A program made the position numbers and the translations under genes. Below, one piece after another: positions 60,901 to 64,000 of a stretch of 64,000 nt of DNA. Each line of letters opens with the position of its first letter. Position 1 is the stretch's first letter. Source of the DNA: Rozella allomycis CSF55 (lineage: Eukaryota); the NCBI GenBank assembly GCA_000442015.1, contig KE561265.1, positions 62,001 through 126,000 of the forward strand, written 5' to 3'. Under the pieces are notes generated by a model. The model saw only the letters and a list, made by a program, of their open reading frames with translations. It was not told the origin of the DNA and did not search any database.

Positions 60901-63900
60901 TCTTTTCCAATGAATCTTTAGAATATTTCTCCTTGTAAACTTCAAATTCTTGAATCTTTGCTTGCAACTTTCTTTGAATCTCCAATTTCGCATTTTCTTC
61001 TTCTTCAAACCTTTGCCCAAGCTCAGAAATATCCAACGCTAATTTCTTTCTAATACTTTCCAATGTTAATCTCTTTTGGATTTCTTGCTCAATTTCTTCT
61101 TTCTGTAAATCTAACTGCTTTTGAAACGCACTCTTTTCTCTTTCCAATCTACTACACTTTGATTCTGCATCATCTATCATGATTTGCATATTCATAACTT
61201 TCTTTTCTAAATTCATCTTTTCATTTTCAAGCTCTATTATTCTTGATTCATCACTGCTAATCTTTGTCTTTAAATTCACAATCTCCAATTCATATTGCTT
61301 TCTCATCTTGTCAAGCTTTGAATTGTTCTCTTCTTTATCCTCCAATTCTGCTTGAATCTCTTCAATTTTTCTTTCCAAAGATGCCTTGTTTTTAGAAATC
61401 ATTGTATTTTCTTGTTCCAATTCTTCAACTCTTTGCTTATAACTTTCAACGGCTTGTAAATTCCTTCTCTTTTGATCTTCAAATTCTTGCTGCAAGGCAG
61501 CCAGCTGCGTCTTCAAATCATTCAGTTCATTTTCTCTTAACCTTCTAATCTCTCCTTGCTTGGTTTCTTCGTCTCCCTTCAATTCAACAGCATGCTTCAA
61601 ATCCTCCAATTCTGTTTCTAGTTTCTTCTTCAACTTGAAAATCTTTTCTTTTTCAATCTTTTCCTGTTCCAATTCATTACTCAGCAACTCTGCCTTTGAA
61701 CTTATTTCTCTCTTAATCTTTTCCAACCCCTCTCTTTCTTTTTGTTCGGCATGCAATTTGGAATTTATAGTCTCAAATTCAATTTGCTTCTTTTGAAGGG
61801 ATATTTCCAGCTCTGATTTAGCTTTCTGAATTTGCTCTAATTCAGCTTTCATACTTGCAACTTGGTTTTCTAAACTAACTCTTTTTCTATTCAAAACTTC
61901 TCTTTCTTCACTCTCTTTTAAAAGCTTCTCTTCCAATTCTTTAATCACAATTTCAAGCCTGTTCTTTTGTTTGGAATTTTCTTCAAGTCTATTTTCACTT
62001 TCATCCAACAACTTTTGCATCTGCATCACCTTTTCATCCAAAACCCTCTTGTCACTATTAGAACTTTGAATCAATGCTAATTGTCCATTCAATTCACTCT
62101 CTAGGTACTTTAAACGCTCTTCCTTGTTCATCTTTTCTTTTTCTATTCTTTCAATCAAAACACTTTGATCTTCAACTTGGTCCTTGTACTTCTTTAATTC
62201 CTCTTGAATACTCTTCTTCATCTTTTGGTTTTCTTCAAATTGAGTCTCAAGTTCCTCATATTCACTCGTCAATAAGCGAAGATTCTCATCCAACTCTATT
62301 TCCCTCTGTTGCGTACGCTTTAGTATCTCAAGTTGGTCAGCAGTCGCGTGTTTTTCATGCAAAAGTTCCTCTTCAATCTTTTTCTTTTCAATCTCTAACT
62401 GGTTCTTCATATCCATTAAAGTCTGCTTTTCTTTTTCCTGCATTTGAAGCGCACTTTCCAAAGATATTATCTGGTCATCCTTCTTCTTTAAATCTTCTTC
62501 AGTCCTAGTCACATTCAATAATGGCTTCACTTTCGAATACAATCGCCACCATGACCATTCTCTCAACTGAACATACACTCTCGCGTTCTTTTGAATCACC
62601 TTTACAGCCTTAACAAAAGTAACACGTTTAAAAAATAATCTTTTGTGGATATACGATCTACACACAGCCTGAAAATCTCCAAATATTCTTCCCAACTTTG
62701 CATCTCTAATGTCCTCCAATTCAGCCAACTAGATTTAAATATGCAAATATTCATTACAGCTCCTGCCTTGAAAAACACTTTGGTACTTCCAATTCTGTAT
62801 TGACTCTTGTCTAAATTCAATCCTTCTAATAACATTTGCGCAGCCTTTTTGCCATCAATAAAACCTTTGGGGACGAGACTCGAATTTAATATTTCATATC
62901 TTTGCTTAAAATCTGCAAATAAAAGCCTATTGGGATATCCCTGACGACATATTCTTATTCCTTCCAGCACACCGTTACAACGAAGTTGATCAAGTACAAG
63001 CTGAGCATGAATCTTTCCAGGTTTCTTTTCCTCATTTGGAACAATACATCTAACAAAATGAGGCTGTGTAGAATATAGTTGCTGCATCAACGTTAATAAT
63101 GACTCTCTGTGCTTTTGGGACACAGTTCTGAATGACCCCTTTTTCACTGCTCTGACTACCCTTGATGACACAATATCGTCTTCGTTGCCCAAATAGTCTT
63201 CAAAAAGTTTAGAAACAAAATTTTCACTAGAATTGGCTAGAAGCTTTGTAATGTTTTCATTTAAAGGATCCTTGTTTTTATCCAACCAGTTTTTAGTGCT
63301 ATATTCCACTTTTCCAGCATAATGAACAAGTGTAAAACTCTCGCCAAAACGAGGCGTTTCAAATTTATTTGACTTTCCTTTCCAAATTCCCCATATTTTC
63401 TCTGTAAATGTCTTGTCCGTAGCCTTGGGCATTACACATTCTTCATCCAGGCACGAAAAGATACCAACAGGCTAATTTACTAACAGATTAATGATTACAT
63501 TTGATTTTTCTATTAAATCAATAGTTGGTTGCAAGTCATGACCGAAATCGATAAAATTCCATTCAATATTCTCTTTCTTGTATTCCTCTTGCTCCAGAAT
63601 AAACATGTGATGATTGAAGAATTGTTGGAGTTTTTCATTTGTGTAATTTATACATAACTGTTCAAAGGTATTGTTCTTTTACAACTTGTTGATTATTTTT
63701 ACTTGGAATATTTCAAAGCCAGCAATGTCTAGCACTCCTATGAATGTTGATTTATTTCCAGGAAGGTCGATTTCTTGATTTATTCTGTCAACCAATTTTC
63801 CAAACATTCTTTCATACAATGACTTTGCTAATGCCTCTACAGAGTAAACAACCTGTGATGCTGTTCTTGCCTGAGACACCCAGTCCCTTCCAGCTTTAAT

Positions 63901-64000
63901 CACCGGCCTCAATAAGCCCTTTACAAAATCTGAAACTTGAACTCCCAATATATGACAGAGTTTCTCAACAACGGCCATGTCATTTATTTGAGCTTGATTT
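57980..64000 (-). CDS. Myosin II heavy chain (part of the motor, IQ neck and full coiled-coil tail); 5' end outside the window
   Basis: [97 protein letters not shown], >1000-residue heptad tail. Confidence 0.97.

Overview
Eukaryotic, AT-rich and extremely compact DNA from an early-diverging fungus or fungal relative. The gene set and tiny introns are consistent with a Rozella-like cryptomycotan; this is inference, not a database result. The window holds about 40 protein-coding genes, most split by 22-32 nt GT-AG introns, with spacers often under 50 nt, plus three tRNAs. No CRISPR array or recognisable mobile element was seen. Nine single-N scaffold joins are present, several flanked by false duplications. 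The most striking candidate system is a head-to-head pair at 21456-25007: a circularly permuted ATP-grasp amidoligase facing an SPX (inositol-pyrophosphate/phosphate sensor) domain fused to an AstE/AspA-type M14 zinc peptidase. This suggests a phosphate-status-controlled peptide ligation/hydrolysis module. Other observations: a CaMK-type kinase fused to a sphingomyelinase-like EEP domain, a single-pass receptor kinase with CBM-like ectodomain repeats, three sharp G/T-to-C/A strand-skew switches that ignore gene boundaries, a ~520 nt structured non-coding candidate with a telomere-template-like octamer, and three introns that appear to need non-AG 3' splice sites. All gene models were spliced by eye, so boundaries are approximate.
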